Source: Tetramitus jugosus (Eukaryota > Protista > Heterolobosea). From it: DNA of 64,000 nt. The notes beneath the pieces were generated by a model that worked only from the letters and a program-made list of their open reading frames with translations, searched no databases and was not told where the DNA came from. The position numbers and the translations under genes were made by a program. The DNA lies in contig OW569385.1 of NCBI GenBank assembly GCA_937625935.1, positions 124,001 to 188,000 of the forward strand. The letters are read 5' to 3'. This document shows, in pieces, positions 1 through 14,600 of this stretch; the first letter of the stretch is position 1; every line of letters begins with the position of its first letter.

Positions 1-785
1 TACAAGAATTTTTTGGTCCCTCACTCGCCCTGTTTCTCCTTGTTAGCCGCCTGATGTTGACTTGGGTCATGAGTTTGCACAGGACACAATACCTGACTTG
101 AGCAAGTCGGCACCTGAAAATGAATGGCAACTTGGACCACTGCAGATGGTTGGTTTGTACCTGACTCCAGTGCTGACTCTGGGATAGTCAGCACCGGACT
201 TGATCCGAGTCAGGATCTGGCGCAACGAAAGTCAGGTGCTGGTTGCCTCATGTGATTTTTTATTCGGGCTGCCTCTACACCATCAATGCTCCTTTGCTTT
301 CTGTAAATCGGCAGTTGACGGTTTCGTATTTCTCCACTTTTCGTGTCGAAAAGTGATAGGTACCGGATGAGCGAGGATCTCGCAAAGGACCTTGGTAGTG
401 AAGATTTGGGTTTTTCACGTGCGTGCATCCCAGTGCAGATCCAGCTTCACCACTTCAAAGAGGAGACAAACGGCAGTCAGTCAGGACATCTATTACTGTG
501 AACACCCAGTCTATGACCGTTTCTTTCCATCTCTTCGTATCACTCTCTGTTCCTTTGAAAGCCAACACTATCACACCAGCTTGGTTGTTCACTGCAATCG
601 TAGCATGAGAATTCAAAAAATTCTTTGACTATGAATTTCACTACGAAGCTGCCAGTTACCACATGATTTCAATCTGGAATAACCGAGATCAGCAGACATG
701 TTCACGAGAAAAGTTGTGTGTTTGATTTCAAGCTCAAGACTTTAATAAAACGGAGAAAGGTGAGTAGAAGTCTATAAAACGAGAC

Positions 786-1418
786 TTAACACGGATGAGC
801 GGCTGTTCGTTTCTCCACTTCCGACTTTGTTGTCAAATAACCATGTGCTCCCTCTCTCAGAATCAACTCTGTAACCAACACTCCATTCTCGTTCCAATAG
901 GACTTGTACTGCTTGGTACCAATCACTTGACTTGTCGGCTCCACAGGTATCAAATTCACAGCAGCATTCACATTTGAATCATCAATAGGAGATGACAACA
1001 ATAGTTCTGCTTCATTGACAAACAACAGACTTGAATTCGAGTGAACAATGGACAAATTTGGACACAATGATTCATCTTGAATGATCAATCGAGAATCATG
1101 ACACTGATCAATGGCAATCAATTGAACATTGGTGCTAGATTGGCTAGGGAATTGTAATTGAACATTGTTTGAACTGAACATTTCAATTGTGCTCGTGCGT
1201 ATTCCACAATTAATGACAAGCTGTACGTCCGTGCATTTTTCGATCAATACTTTTTCCAGTTTTTGACAGGTGACAGAAATTTGACACTTGGAACAATTGC
1301 GAATGTAGAGGAGATGATTGTTCATTTCATGACCAATTTCAATGGTCTCATTTTCATTGTGTCTATTCTCAATAAATGATTGCTTTCGTTGTTGGAGTGA
1401 GAGGAAAATTTGATTCAT
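786..1418 (-). CDS. CAP C-terminal (CARP) beta-helix-like protein
   Basis: 210-aa ORF with repeating I-x-N-C-x-x-C / IEKCTDV / TIEMFSSNNV / IAIDQCHD pattern resembling the cyclase-associated-protein C-terminal domain. Confidence 0.55.
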   Translation of the reverse strand: MNQIFLSLQQRKQSFIENRHNENETIEIGHEMNNHLLYIRNCSKCQISVTCQKLEKVLIEKCTDVQLVINCGIRTSTIEMFSSNNVQLQFPSQSSTNVQLIAIDQCHDSRLIIQDESLCPNLSIVHSNSSLLFVNEAELLLSSPIDDSNVNAAVNLIPVEPTSQVIGTKQYKSYWNENGVLVTELILREGAHGYLTTKSEVEKRTAAHPC

Positions 1419-1676
1419 CGCTTTCTTTGTTGTTTGGTTTTCTTTCCTCCTGGAAGCAGTTTGATGGCCTCTCAGATGTCGGGTATGATAGGTGATACTC
1501 CGAACGATCCTGCTCCTTTACAAATCACAATTGGGCTAAACAGTCGTCTGCTCTCTTGTAGACCAAGGACTCAAATCATTGATTCTACAACGCATTAACT
1601 TAGATGAGTTAACTTGTTCAAGATATAAACAAGAAAGAATTGATACGAAGAGTTTGCTCTGCGAAAAGAGTAAAAG

Positions 1677-1749
1677 TACCGACGACGGGACTCGAACCCG
1701 CGACCACTGGATTAGAAGTCCAGTGCTCTTCCAGCTGAGCTACGACGGC
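1677..1749 (-). tRNA. tRNA-Arg (anticodon TCT)
   Basis: Reverse complement GCCGTCGTAGCTCAGCTGGAAGAGCACTGGA-CT-TCT-AA-TCCAGTGGTCGCGGGTTCGAGTCCCGTCGTCGGTA folds as a cloverleaf with A and B boxes; TTTT follows. Confidence 0.95.
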
Positions 1750-1827
1750 TAGATATTCGAGTGATTTGACTGATGCACTATGTGCGAAACAAAAAACGAA
1801 AATTTCGCTGGTGAAGCGAGCGGCGGC

Positions 1828-2090
1828 ATGATGAGGCTCACAGCGAGACAAGTGGCTCGAATTGTTAACACCTGCATCCACCCGTGAGGAGATCAAGCTT
1901 CGGCAAACATTCCAAAGGGAGAATGTCTTTCAGTCCAACAACAGGCTGGAGCTCATACCTCAAGTGGTGCGCGGAACGCCTGCACAACAACAATTTGACT
2001 ATCGCATATGGAGATGAGGTCAATTGTTTGGACTGTAACCTTGCCATGTCGCAGCCAAACGTTGTGACAAAGAAATTCTTTTACCTCTAT
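1828..2090 (+). mobile_element. Decayed, internally deleted ORF2 fragment of the tRNA-upstream non-LTR retrotransposon (R1)
   Basis: Translates to MMRLTARQVARIVNTCIHP, EIKLRQTFQ, ENVFQSNNRLE and SYLKWCAERLH..CLDCNLA, collinear with IMRLTARQVSRVVNTCIHP, DIKLHQTFQQENVFQSSNRLE and TYHKWCAIRMH..CDECRLA in ORF 25675..27258; boundaries approximate. Confidence 0.85.
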
Positions 2091-2161
2091 GGGAATATCA
2101 CTGGCTCTCAACACAAAAATAAGAGAATGTTTCTATGTTTATGTATGAAGTGATCACAAGC

Positions 2162-4165
2162 TTATCGCAGGAAATGATCCTGCAACAAATCATAAATTTC
2201 AGGATCTTGAAAATTGACTTCGTTTTGCAGAGAGGCAGACAGATCTTGCTCCTCTTCATATTCATCATCAATCTCCTCCATATCTAACAATTCACTATCC
2301 TGATCTGCATATCTTGTTTCTGAGAATTTGAACTTGACGAACCTTCTTTGATGTTCTTCGTTGTACACATCAAATGAATCCATGTGGAATGGAGCACGGT
2401 TAGTATACATGTATGAATCTTGATCCATCTTTTTCTGTGCTGTTCGTACAATTGATGAAGGAATCAAACTATTTGCAGATGCTACTTGCTGAGAACGAGG
2501 ACTGCTTCCGCCTCGCCTTGGTGTCTCTGCAGTCACGATACTACTACTACTGCTACCACTATTGATACCATTCGTAGAATGATCTACGGATGTATTGCCC
2601 GTGTTATTGTTGTTGCTGCTGTTGTTTGCAACAAAAGAGTGAACAATAGGAGACCCTCTCTTCATCATAATCGTATCAGCCTTTCTCCGAACAACCATGG
2701 AAGAAGAAGGCGAAGTGGAAGACATTCCATTACTACCACTACCATTATTGATCATGACATCTTCACTAGGGGAATTTGGTGTCGTTGCTTCTGATATTCT
2801 TCTCTTGAATCGATCAGAACGAGTGGCAATTTTGATGGCACCACTCGATGCAGCATAATTGAGTGGTGCCGTACTCGAAGCAGTGCTCGTGCTCATGTGT
2901 GTACCTGTTGTACTAGCTGTCGCTGTTCCCGTTGCTGTTGTAGACCTAGATGGATGAGCGAGAGAAGATCCAAAGCTCTTGTATCCATGATGATTGTTGT
3001 TACCTATGTTGTTATTGTTATTATGACTTGCCTGATTGTTCATCATGCTGCTGCCATTGTTACTACTGCCATTGCTACTACTGCCAATGCTACTGCTACT
3101 GTTGTTACTGTTCGTGTTTGTATCAGTGAAAACACGATTCAACTGATCATCCATTCTCATGACACTCATCATATCACCACCAGGAAAGTAAAAATCAGGA
3201 TCACGAATAAACTCTGTCATGAGACTGTTGCTAAACTTGGTGTCCTTGATGAGATCTTCTGTGCTCTGAACTTGATTGGTACGGAGAATGTTGGGAGCAA
3301 AGACAATGGCCAAATTATGGGCATTCATCTTGTTTTGAGCCTGATTCTTTGTTATACGGTACAGGAAATGACATAGCTGACTCAAGATTGTGAAATGACC
3401 CTTGGGCAAGAACTGTAGCACGTGCTTAATTTTCTCTTGCTTGGCGCGTGCGAGCATACTAGCGACACTCTCATCTTCTTCACTTGACGATCCACCACTA
3501 CCGCCGCCGTAAGCTTGATTTTTTTTGGCGGGCAATTTATTGGCGGCGGCAACCGCACTATTGTCATCCATGGCGCTCACCGCAATAAACATGTCATAGT
3601 TTTCAAATGAGAGCAACGGATCTTTTAGCTCTCTAAAGTATAGCTTTAGCAAGTTTGCAGCGACATGTGGGCCAACAGATCGATTATATTGCTCCAAAGG
3701 TATCACATAACGCCCCTCACTGTTCTCCAACTCTGAAATGACACTTTCCAGAATGTTGACTTGAGCAGAGAGACGAAAAATGCCTTCCACGTCGAGACAT
3801 TGATCCTCAATGTACCTCATACACTGATGAATAAAGGGTGGTAGTTCTCTGAGTGAATCAGGCACATTCTTGTGAAACACTTTGCTATTGACATATTTTG
3901 ACGTGTGTATTTGAGTCAAAATTTTTTGTGAAGCAGTGTTGTTTGTTGTTGTTGTAGCTATACATTGAGAATGGGTTGTTGCTGTTGCTACAGAAGAAGT
4001 ATTTGTTGTTGTTGTTGTTGGATGATGCTGATTATTGTTGTTGTTGCCGTGATTTGAAATCATTGTGGCGGTTCGTTTGATGAGACCAGGAAATGCCTTT
4101 TTCTTGACAATTTTTGGAGCTCCATTGTGAGTGTCAGTGGACGACGGAGGATGAGGGGTAGTCAT
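2162..4165 (-). CDS. RhoGAP domain protein with low-complexity tails
   Basis: EGIFRLS arginine finger, LLKLYFREL.DPL and NKMNAHNLAIVFAPNIL motifs. Confidence 0.93.
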   Translation of the reverse strand: MTTPHPPSSTDTHNGAPKIVKKKAFPGLIKRTATMISNHGNNNNNQHHPTTTTTNTSSVATATTHSQCIATTTTNNTASQKILTQIHTSKYVNSKVFHKNVPDSLRELPPFIHQCMRYIEDQCLDVEGIFRLSAQVNILESVISELENSEGRYVIPLEQYNRSVGPHVAANLLKLYFRELKDPLLSFENYDMFIAVSAMDDNSAVAAANKLPAKKNQAYGGGSGGSSSEEDESVASMLARAKQEKIKHVLQFLPKGHFTILSQLCHFLYRITKNQAQNKMNAHNLAIVFAPNILRTNQVQSTEDLIKDTKFSNSLMTEFIRDPDFYFPGGDMMSVMRMDDQLNRVFTDTNTNSNNSSSSIGSSSNGSSNNGSSMMNNQASHNNNNNIGNNNHHGYKSFGSSLAHPSRSTTATGTATASTTGTHMSTSTASSTAPLNYAASSGAIKIATRSDRFKRRISEATTPNSPSEDVMINNGSGSNGMSSTSPSSSMVVRRKADTIMMKRGSPIVHSFVANNSSNNNNTGNTSVDHSTNGINSGSSSSSIVTAETPRRGGSSPRSQQVASANSLIPSSIVRTAQKKMDQDSYMYTNRAPFHMDSFDVYNEEHQRRFVKFKFSETRYADQDSELLDMEEIDDEYEEEQDLSASLQNEVNFQDPEIYDLLQDHFLR

Positions 4166-4865
4166 TCTTTTTTTACACTGCTAAAAAAAATGGATATATT
4201 GTTGTTGCTTTTGTTTTTGTTGTTGTTTTGATATGAATAATATTATTATTGGCTTCTTTGCTAGTGCTCACACCCAAACTTTTCGAGTGTCAGATATTGA
4301 TGTGTTGTTGTTTCGTGTTCGGTGTGATGTTGTTCGTTCCTTTGTGTTCTAGTGCTGTGGAAATAGTACCTTGGTAAGTCACTCATGCAAGCCTTATTCT
4401 CACTTGGTTTTTTCGTGTTCAACAAAAAAAGTGTTTTAATTGTGGGGCTGTTTCTTTTTACGACGAGATTGGTTGTTGGATGTCGGATACGCATCAACGA
4501 CAAGGCGTCTCATTCAAACGTCAAATACATTCGGTTTCGGAGATTCGCGTTCTTCCACCACCTGATCGGGCTGGAAGGTTTTTGGAGACGCTTCAGAGGG
4601 TCAAAGTTTGGCGCTCACAAGAGGTTCCGCACTGTCTTGGAAGGTATTCCATGTTGAATGCCACACGTTTTTGTTTATTCGGGTTGCAAAGACACACACG
4701 GAATATTTGATTGATGGATTGAATGCATTGTAAGTAGTACAAATCATCCATTGGCCGCTTCGTCCCAGAAGGTTTCACAGAATAAAGTAGAAAAGATCCA
4801 CTTCGTCCCCCATTCAACCTCAACCAGATCAAAGCAACACTCCATCGCGCTGTTCATTGTGAAGT

Positions 4866-6779
<1,914 letters not shown>

Positions 6780-7212
6780 CTAGGCTGGAATGTGTATATG
6801 TTAACGTGGGTGTTGTGTGTGGTTTTTGATTTGTGTGAGAAGCTTTTTTATTGCTTTTTTTTGGAGAGGGAAGCGAGTGAGTGGAACGGAGAACCACACA
6901 GTGCAACCTCACAGCAGCGGTTTGATTCACCGCCGCTTCTCGCATAAACACGCGCCCACTCTTTGTGAAAAAAAATATTTTCCGATGGAATCAACCAGGG
7001 CAACTGCATCAATTCGTTGATTGAACCATCATTGTGGTCTGGATTTACAATTCCGATATTGATCAAAATTCAATCTTGACCTGTTTTTAGGGTGGTGAAT
7101 TTACAAGGAATCATTCCAAGGAATTTGTAAATGCATTGATGAACTTACAAAGTGCATGATTACGATTCTGTAGATCAGGAGTGCCTTTCCAAAGAAGAAA
7201 TCGTAAATTTGA

Positions 7213-8430
7213 TCATTTGTCCTTGGAATCGCTTGCAGAGTCTGGTTGGGGTGGGTGAAGCACTGATCTGCAATACTCAACAAATTCCTTCTTTGATATT
7301 TCTTTTCCTGACCGTTCCAAGGAGGGCACTAGTTCTGATTTGCTTTCTCGCATGGCTTGCAGCTTGGAGAGTACGAGTTGGGTGCAAGCTTCTGGAGTTC
7401 GCATCTCAGCTGGTAATGAATGGATATACTTTTCATTCAGAAGCTTGAAAATGTGCGTCAACATTCGAGTAATGTCTTCGTCCTTAATAGCAGTGCTAGG
7501 GGTTGGATTGACCAGCCGATTTGCATTCGGTGGATTGGCAAACAGTTGGAAGCCCCATTCTAGTGCGCCATCCACATTTCCATTCATGTACACATCGATC
7601 GTTGGCAACAATGTTTGAAATGCCAGATGATCCATATTATTCTGTTGTTCTTGCACTTTCTGCCACAGAGCTTGATACTGTTGTTGTTGTTGCAATAGAG
7701 ACGCCTTGCCCGCACTAGACAATTGAGCACTGTTTGCGTTTCCACCAGAGGAAGAAGAAGTGCTCCGAGGAGAGAGTGGAGGACCACTATTGCTTGCTTG
7801 CGGCTGTCCTCCTCCAATCGGTGCTGCATTCGCCATATTTCCACCACCACCACCACCACCACCAACATTGCCCGAACCACCACCAATATTCGTCATTGTG
7901 CTACTGCTACTGCTGTTGAGACCAGTGGCAGAGTTCGGAGTCAGAGTACTCGCTGGTGACAAAGAAGCGTTTGAAAGAAGTGACTGATAGAGTTGTTCCT
8001 GTTGCTTCTGCACATGACTTCCACTCTGAATGGCTTCAATCTCCTGTTTCAACACTTTCATCTCCTTCTTGTGTTCATTCGTGCCAAACGACACAAAATT
8101 ATCAAATATGCTGTTCATGAGTGCTGTTTCTTTGTCATGTCCTCTTCCACTGCGCTGATCATCACCACTACTACTATTATTACTGCTATTATTCTTACAT
8201 TTGGCTAAAAATTTTTCACGAGTCATCACAGCTGTGCCACTGGTGCCACTACTAATACTGTTCGATGAGCTACTACCACCTCCTTGATGCACGGGACTGA
8301 CTGGAGTCGTTGTTGTCATTGCGGTGAAATTTTGATACCATTCTTCAATTTCACGCCGCGTAAAATTGGAATGACTCTGAAGATCGATCAACTGATCCTG
8401 ACTGAGTTTGTTTGATGGTGAATTTCCCAT
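7213..8430 (-). CDS. N-myristoylated neuronal calcium sensor/recoverin-like EF-hand protein with long low-complexity inserts
   Basis: MGNSPSNKLSQDQLIDLQSHSNFTRREIEEWYQNF N-terminus; LEWGFQLF, TPE and ISKKEFVEYC match the NCS layout. Confidence 0.65.
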   Translation of the reverse strand: MGNSPSNKLSQDQLIDLQSHSNFTRREIEEWYQNFTAMTTTTPVSPVHQGGGSSSSNSISSGTSGTAVMTREKFLAKCKNNSSNNSSSGDDQRSGRGHDKETALMNSIFDNFVSFGTNEHKKEMKVLKQEIEAIQSGSHVQKQQEQLYQSLLSNASLSPASTLTPNSATGLNSSSSSTMTNIGGGSGNVGGGGGGGGNMANAAPIGGGQPQASNSGPPLSPRSTSSSSGGNANSAQLSSAGKASLLQQQQQYQALWQKVQEQQNNMDHLAFQTLLPTIDVYMNGNVDGALEWGFQLFANPPNANRLVNPTPSTAIKDEDITRMLTHIFKLLNEKYIHSLPAEMRTPEACTQLVLSKLQAMRESKSELVPSLERSGKEISKKEFVEYCRSVLHPPQPDSASDSKDK

Positions 8431-8600
8431 TTCTGTTTCGAAAGCTTCTTGTTGCTAGCAATTGGTTGTGTGCACTCTTCTTTGGCGTTTTGTTGCGTTA
8501 GTTTTTGTGCCTCTTTCGTCACAAACATGAACTTTTCGAGCACTCACATTTCAAGCGCAATTCTTCCGGATACCTGATTTGGTAATTGACGTTGCGCCAA

Positions 8601-11600
8601 CTACGGATTTTTAGACTTCAACCGCGTTCTTGATCGAGTTTGGAAGAGCTCATGCAAGGCGATAATCTCCTGAAAAGAGGAATAAAGGGAGAAATTGAGA
8701 CCTTGTTCACACAATTGCTTTTTTGCTTGATTGAGTCGCACGAATAGGAGTCTCAGAGTCTCAATTTGAGCTTTTCGAAAATCGGTGTTGTCATGATGTT
8801 TGGCCAGTGTTCGCAGTGTTGATAGAATGTACTGAAGGTTGATCAAGTTAAACTCATTCTGTAAGCTCGATTGAATCATTGTGTACCAATGAATACCCAG
8901 TCGTTCCACACCACTTGGTGTTTGACTCAGTCTAAGTGACGCATAGTACAAGTAGGCAGACAAACTTTCCTCCAGGTTGGCAGTCAAGAACGCTTGAACT
9001 GATGAATCGCAATCACAGAGAATCAAGGTCAATACGAGAATTCTCTTATAACGAGTCAGGTTACAGTGTTCGGGATCAGACAAAGAGAAGCATATGAGCT
9101 GTTGAACCTTTTGTTCCATGTTCCGGTCCATTCTAAACAGGAAGCAAGAAAAGGCTTGAAGTTCATAGAGGATGTCATGTAGGGGCGATGATGAGTATCG
9201 AGCAGTTGATTGTTCACTCCAAAAGTCAAACAACACGAACAGTAGTTGATAAACATCTTCACTGATCGCTGGGGATTGTTTTCCATATGATGAGACATTT
9301 GCTATCCAGTCAAATATGGATGATAGTTGTTTCTTGTCATTATCGTTCAAATCGTTCGTAAGCTCAAAGTTCTTTCTCACAACCTTCATCACCATGTTTG
9401 AAAATAGTTGAACGTAACCTCGATACACCATTTCAAAGGCTGCGTGTTCCTGTTCAGGCAGATTGACAAATGACTGGACAAGAACTAGGGATATTACCGT
9501 CAATATATGCATGAGGAACGATCGAGTTGGATACAACAATAGAGAGCATTCTTCGAGCAGATTCAAGGCAATATTGTAACCTACGAAGTGATTTTGACTG
9601 TTTCCATACAACAATCGCTTGCATGCAGATACGAGCTCAAAATTCTCAAATTGCGACCTGTGAATGATATTGCGCAGCATGGTAATTAACAGGGCAATAC
9701 CTTTCATATTCGAGAGCTCATGGGGACGAGAACAGATATCAGTGTTATCCTCTTTTTGAATCATCTCTACCAATGAGGATGTATTCACTGGTTTAGTTCC
9801 TGAAGCAAGATTCAGCCTGTTGTGTTCACTCTCCACTATAAAATTTCGTGGAAGAACAAATTCATATCGGAATTTGTTGTCTTGCATCATCATGTCTATC
9901 ACGTTAGTGGCTTCTTGGTTCGGATCCAGCGTTTGTAAAAATAATGCTTCATTCGGAGAGTGAGTGAACTCTGTGTCATGTTGGCAGTAGAGGTATAGGA
10001 GAGCTTCAAAATTGGTTTTCCAGGTATCGACATCTCTCTGATAAGCGATTATAAAGTCTGCCCCCTGTGTCAAGCAGATAGAATATGGCGATTCGTTATA
10101 CATATGTTTTGAAACACGAATCAACAGTTTCTCATCATTAAGAAGTCTGGAAGCTATCCTTTTCTTCATGGGTAACAGTCGATCGTCAGTATAGTGTATG
10201 GCATCAATGGCGTGTAAAATCTTCTTCTCTGATCGATAGAACTCAACCATGCAAGTATTGATACTCGAGGCCCAACGAATTTGAACCATCATTTTGATGG
10301 AGTTCAGAAGTGGCAGGGCTGTCACAACGTCTACGAAACTATGTAGTGATGATTTCCATAACATTCTGTCTATTTGAGCCCAATCTGCGTTTTGATTCTC
10401 GATAGTGATCCGGAATACATTCCTGATTTGCTCATTCAACATCAACTTTTTGAGACTTGCTTCGAGTTGATTCCTCTTCCTAATAATTTCTTCCTTGTTC
10501 ACAATCCGTCCCAACGCAGATGCGAGAGCAGGATCCACTAATTCAAGGCAAGCGAATAGAAGAGAGCCTTGAACAAGAATTTTGGTATTCCATTCTCCTC
10601 TTGACTTCAGTACTTGAATAAATCTTGTTAGTTGTGACTGGTGGTCACCACTAGCTCCATCTGCAGTTACAGACTCTTGAGCAGTAATTGACATATTCTT
10701 TTTCAATCCTGCCAGAATACATGCTTTGTTAATTGGAGAGAGGGAGAATATTCCGCTGTACTGCAGAGTTTCATCTGAATCGATAAAGTCGATTATCCAG
10801 CGGTAGAGTTCTTCTACCGGTCTGCTGAAGTATGACAATATTTGGAGGGTATGAGCATATTTGATGAATGCTGGAGTGTCCTTCTGATCAATTCTCAAAA
10901 ATTGTTGACTCAGTACAACAATTCGCAGTTGCTTGAGTGAAAGTATAAGTTGAGATAGGACAGAAGAGTTCTGTGTCACTTTTTTGTGTAGGAGGTTTCT
11001 TGCGAATGAATAGAACTTCTTCTTTGGTATGCGAAATAGATTTTGGATTACGTCAACAAAGGATTCGTGGTAGATTTTCTCTTTTTCATAACGAATATGT
11101 TGTTTCATCAACTGATTCACATCTTTTAGTTGTGATGCGATATCCGTATGCTTTGAGAGTTCATCTTTTAGACCTTTTGAATCCATAGTAATACTTGTTC
11201 TTTCGTCCTCTTTGTACATTCGAATGAACTTGTGTAGCAATATCCATACTGGCATTGCTTTGGATATGTAATTTGTTGAACATATCAAGTCTGACATTTG
11301 TGTCAATAGTTTGTAGAATGAACTATTCTGTAATAAGAAAGATTTCAACCCCTCAGTTAGGTGATGATAGATGCTGAAAACCGAAAGCTCTTCTGGATGA
11401 CTGCTTGTTATATTAGCTATTTCGAAGAACATGAGTAGAGTTATCCTATTTGACTGGGGGAGGTCATGAAGACAATCATCATGGTTCTTACTTAAATTAG
11501 TGAGAAGTCGATGCAATAGTTTCATAGTGCTCATGTTGTGAACAGATGTGACTACATCGGAGAACCAAGACAATTCTGATCCAGCATTCCACGAGATTTT

Positions 11601-14600
11601 GACTGTTTGTCCAAGCAAGCTCTGTTGATAAAGGAAATTAAGCAAATAATAATCTTCGTCATCCTCAATTGATTGCGAATTTCCGTGCAGACGCTTGTAG
11701 TATAATAAATAGTGAAATGATTGAGAGTGTTCATCTTTGCATACTGTATGCACTATGACTGGATGATATTCAATTATGTTCCAAACTGATTGAGTATTTG
11801 TAGGGGAGGGAGTTGCATCAGGCTTGTCTCTCATTGATAAGATTATATCATTAATGAGAGGATGATACTGAAACTCATCGCTAGTGTTGTCTCCGAAGGA
11901 CTGGAACAAATACTTAACTTGATTGAGCTCGTTTGGGAATTGATGACAAAGTTGGGCTCTATTCATTGCCTTCTTCAAACGGATCGCTTGTCTGAGTAAA
12001 CTTTCGACATCTGTGGAGTAATTTGTACCCTCCAGTATTGAGACGCAGTGCTGGAGTGCTTGGTAATAGCGACTTAACTTGAAATATATGTGGATATCGG
12101 GTTCAATGCTTTTGAGTTTTCGTATTTGATGCATCAATCGAATTGAGTTAAACATTGCATAGGATTCGTTGTTTTTCATCGAAATATTCCGCATCAACAA
12201 GTTAATGGCTTGGTACTGACATTCAAGCTGTGGTATCACTTCTGCTGGTAGCATGTACTCTGACAAAAATTTATCCAGACTATTAATTGCTTGCTGCAGC
12301 TTTTGACTATTGCGAGGGAGGTTGAGAGCAATAGATTGAAGGATTTTCCAGACACTCGGTAATTCTACAAATAAGCGATTTGCAAAATCCGAAGATCTAT
12401 GATCAGTAATTACGAGCGGTCTAACATCTGGTAGGAGTGTAGTGTTAAGGATAGCAAGTTTCTCGAGTGCCAGCGATGGTGGCCCATCTGAAGCTACTTG
12501 CACACGTAGAGTATCCAAGGTATCTATGATGTTTGTGAATGTAATCGATGTGAGCAGTGTCCGATCAAACATTGCACTTGGGCTATCTTCTAAGTGACAG
12601 ATGACCTGAGACCTAATATCGTGCATATCACTTACTTCATTTTGATGCAAGTATTCAGAATCAAAAATAATTTGTGTAGACTGAAGGATATCTTCGCGAA
12701 GATAAGATCCTGATAATAACTTGTTGATGTCGAGTTGGGGAATGTGGGTCAATGATTTGAGGAATAGCGGAACAAGTTTTGTCATGGATGTTTTCTTTTT
12801 CGCATATCGCTTCACACTCAAAATTATCTTTAGCAACTGTGGATCAGATCTATTGCTACTCATAAGTCTAAGTAACTCGTTGCAATTTCTTTCTAATTCT
12901 CTGTGAGATGGATTAAAACTGATTAATGCAAGGTCAATCTGTGAGGTAAGAATTGTATAGCGTTCTCGGTCTTCAGCATACAATAATGGTATGCATCTTT
13001 CAATGATCGTGCTGACGACCGAATAAATCGAGTTTCGAGGTGAGGCAGCTGCAGGGAAAGCCTGCAAATATACTTCATTGATCACTTGAATAGCTGAATC
13101 ATAATTTACATTCACGAGTTCAGCTAACTTTCGTTGTTCTTGAATAGTTGAGAGACTGGCAAGACAAACATATTCAGCTATTCCGTGAGCAATATAGTGA
13201 TCAATTTGTTCGAGAATGGCTATGTATCTTGTGATTGGATAGGACTTACAGAACCCTAACATTGACGAACAAATTACGAAGCTAGTGTATAAAGCATCGT
13301 CGACAGATTGGTCAACACTAGCAGCAGAGAACCAAGAACTAATCAAATGGTCCGTAACATTATCATACCAATAATCTAATACATCGTCTGTTGATGCAAC
13401 ATACGAACTCATCAATGTCCAAGCATGACTTTCTTCTGGGCACAGCTTCTTTAGGAAAGCCTTTAGTCTATCCAATGTCAACAATAATGATCGAAATACA
13501 TCTTGTTGAGTGAAAGGAAAATTTCTTGAATTAATAGTTATAGTCTCGGATAGATGAATTTGTAACTGTACAATTTTAAGGAGGGTTACTACTTCAAAGG
13601 GCATAATCGCAAATGTTGGAATGCTTGTTGATATATTCTCTAATTGCATGGTTGATAGATAGCTCAGTTTCCCTATATTATTGTTCGCTCCTGGATGTTC
13701 AAATGTGACAGCACGCCGATTGAACATGACCGATGATATTAGATCATCAATTAGGCATTCCAAAGATTGTCCAGCTGTCATCTGCTTTGACAGCAAGAAC
13801 AACATAATTAGTTGGGATTTTTGGTCCACGAAACAATCAGCATATTGTGAAAAAGTTCGCCACAGGTTGGTCGGAGGCTGATTGAGTAACCGACTCAGAA
13901 TGATTTTGAGAGAGGATGTGCGTATTGAATCAAAAATGTCTAGCATTAGCACAGGTATTAATAGTACAAGAGTACTCGTTCCAAGTGAGGTCTGCTCGTT
14001 CTGCATCAGATACACAACGAATCTGGCAAAATCAGCCTGGAATGTCACATTTGTTCGAACCTGCGACTTTGAGAGTTGGAACAATGAATCAGACAAAGAC
14101 GGCCAGCTATCGAAAGGAAATATTTTGCTTTGGAGCAAAGCATGAAGACAAAAGCAAGTTAGAACTAATGTTTTCAGTTCATCTGCAGCGGTTTTCGATA
14201 ACTCATTCCATGAATCTATGATTGCTACCGACAACCTAACACCATGGATAAAAAACTCTTTGGTGCACAAGAGAATAGTCACGAGGTGTCGGATCAATGT
14301 CACATCTCGTAGTACTGGTTCCATCTCTAAATCACCAATCAAAGACTCAACCATGTTTCTTACAGAACTATTGTAGGAGAGGCTGGGCACTTTTGTTCCA
14401 GAATACTGAATTTTCATCAGGTAATAGAAAAGTTTCTGTTCTCTCTCAGTTGGTAAGAATGATGCAGTATCAGCAAGGAGAGTTTTGTGTCTTAGAGTAA
14501 AGCTGCTGTGGTCTCTTGATGTGAGAATAGTTTTGATATCAGCAAGCGTCGTTTCTATCTTTGATGAATATATATCCTCGTTAGGAACTCCACTTGTGTT

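Noticed and set aside
189-241. Imperfect inverted repeat CAGCACCGGACTT/AAGTCAGGTGCTG near the window start
   Set aside because: Short and mismatched, with no TSD or second copy visible; cannot call a MITE or ncRNA
1618-1896. ORFs overlapping tRNAs (also 31908..32135, 23628..23819) and many antisense ORFs inside PABP, RhoGAP, ORF2 and other genes
   Set aside because: Shadow frames of real genes or tRNAs with no independent motifs
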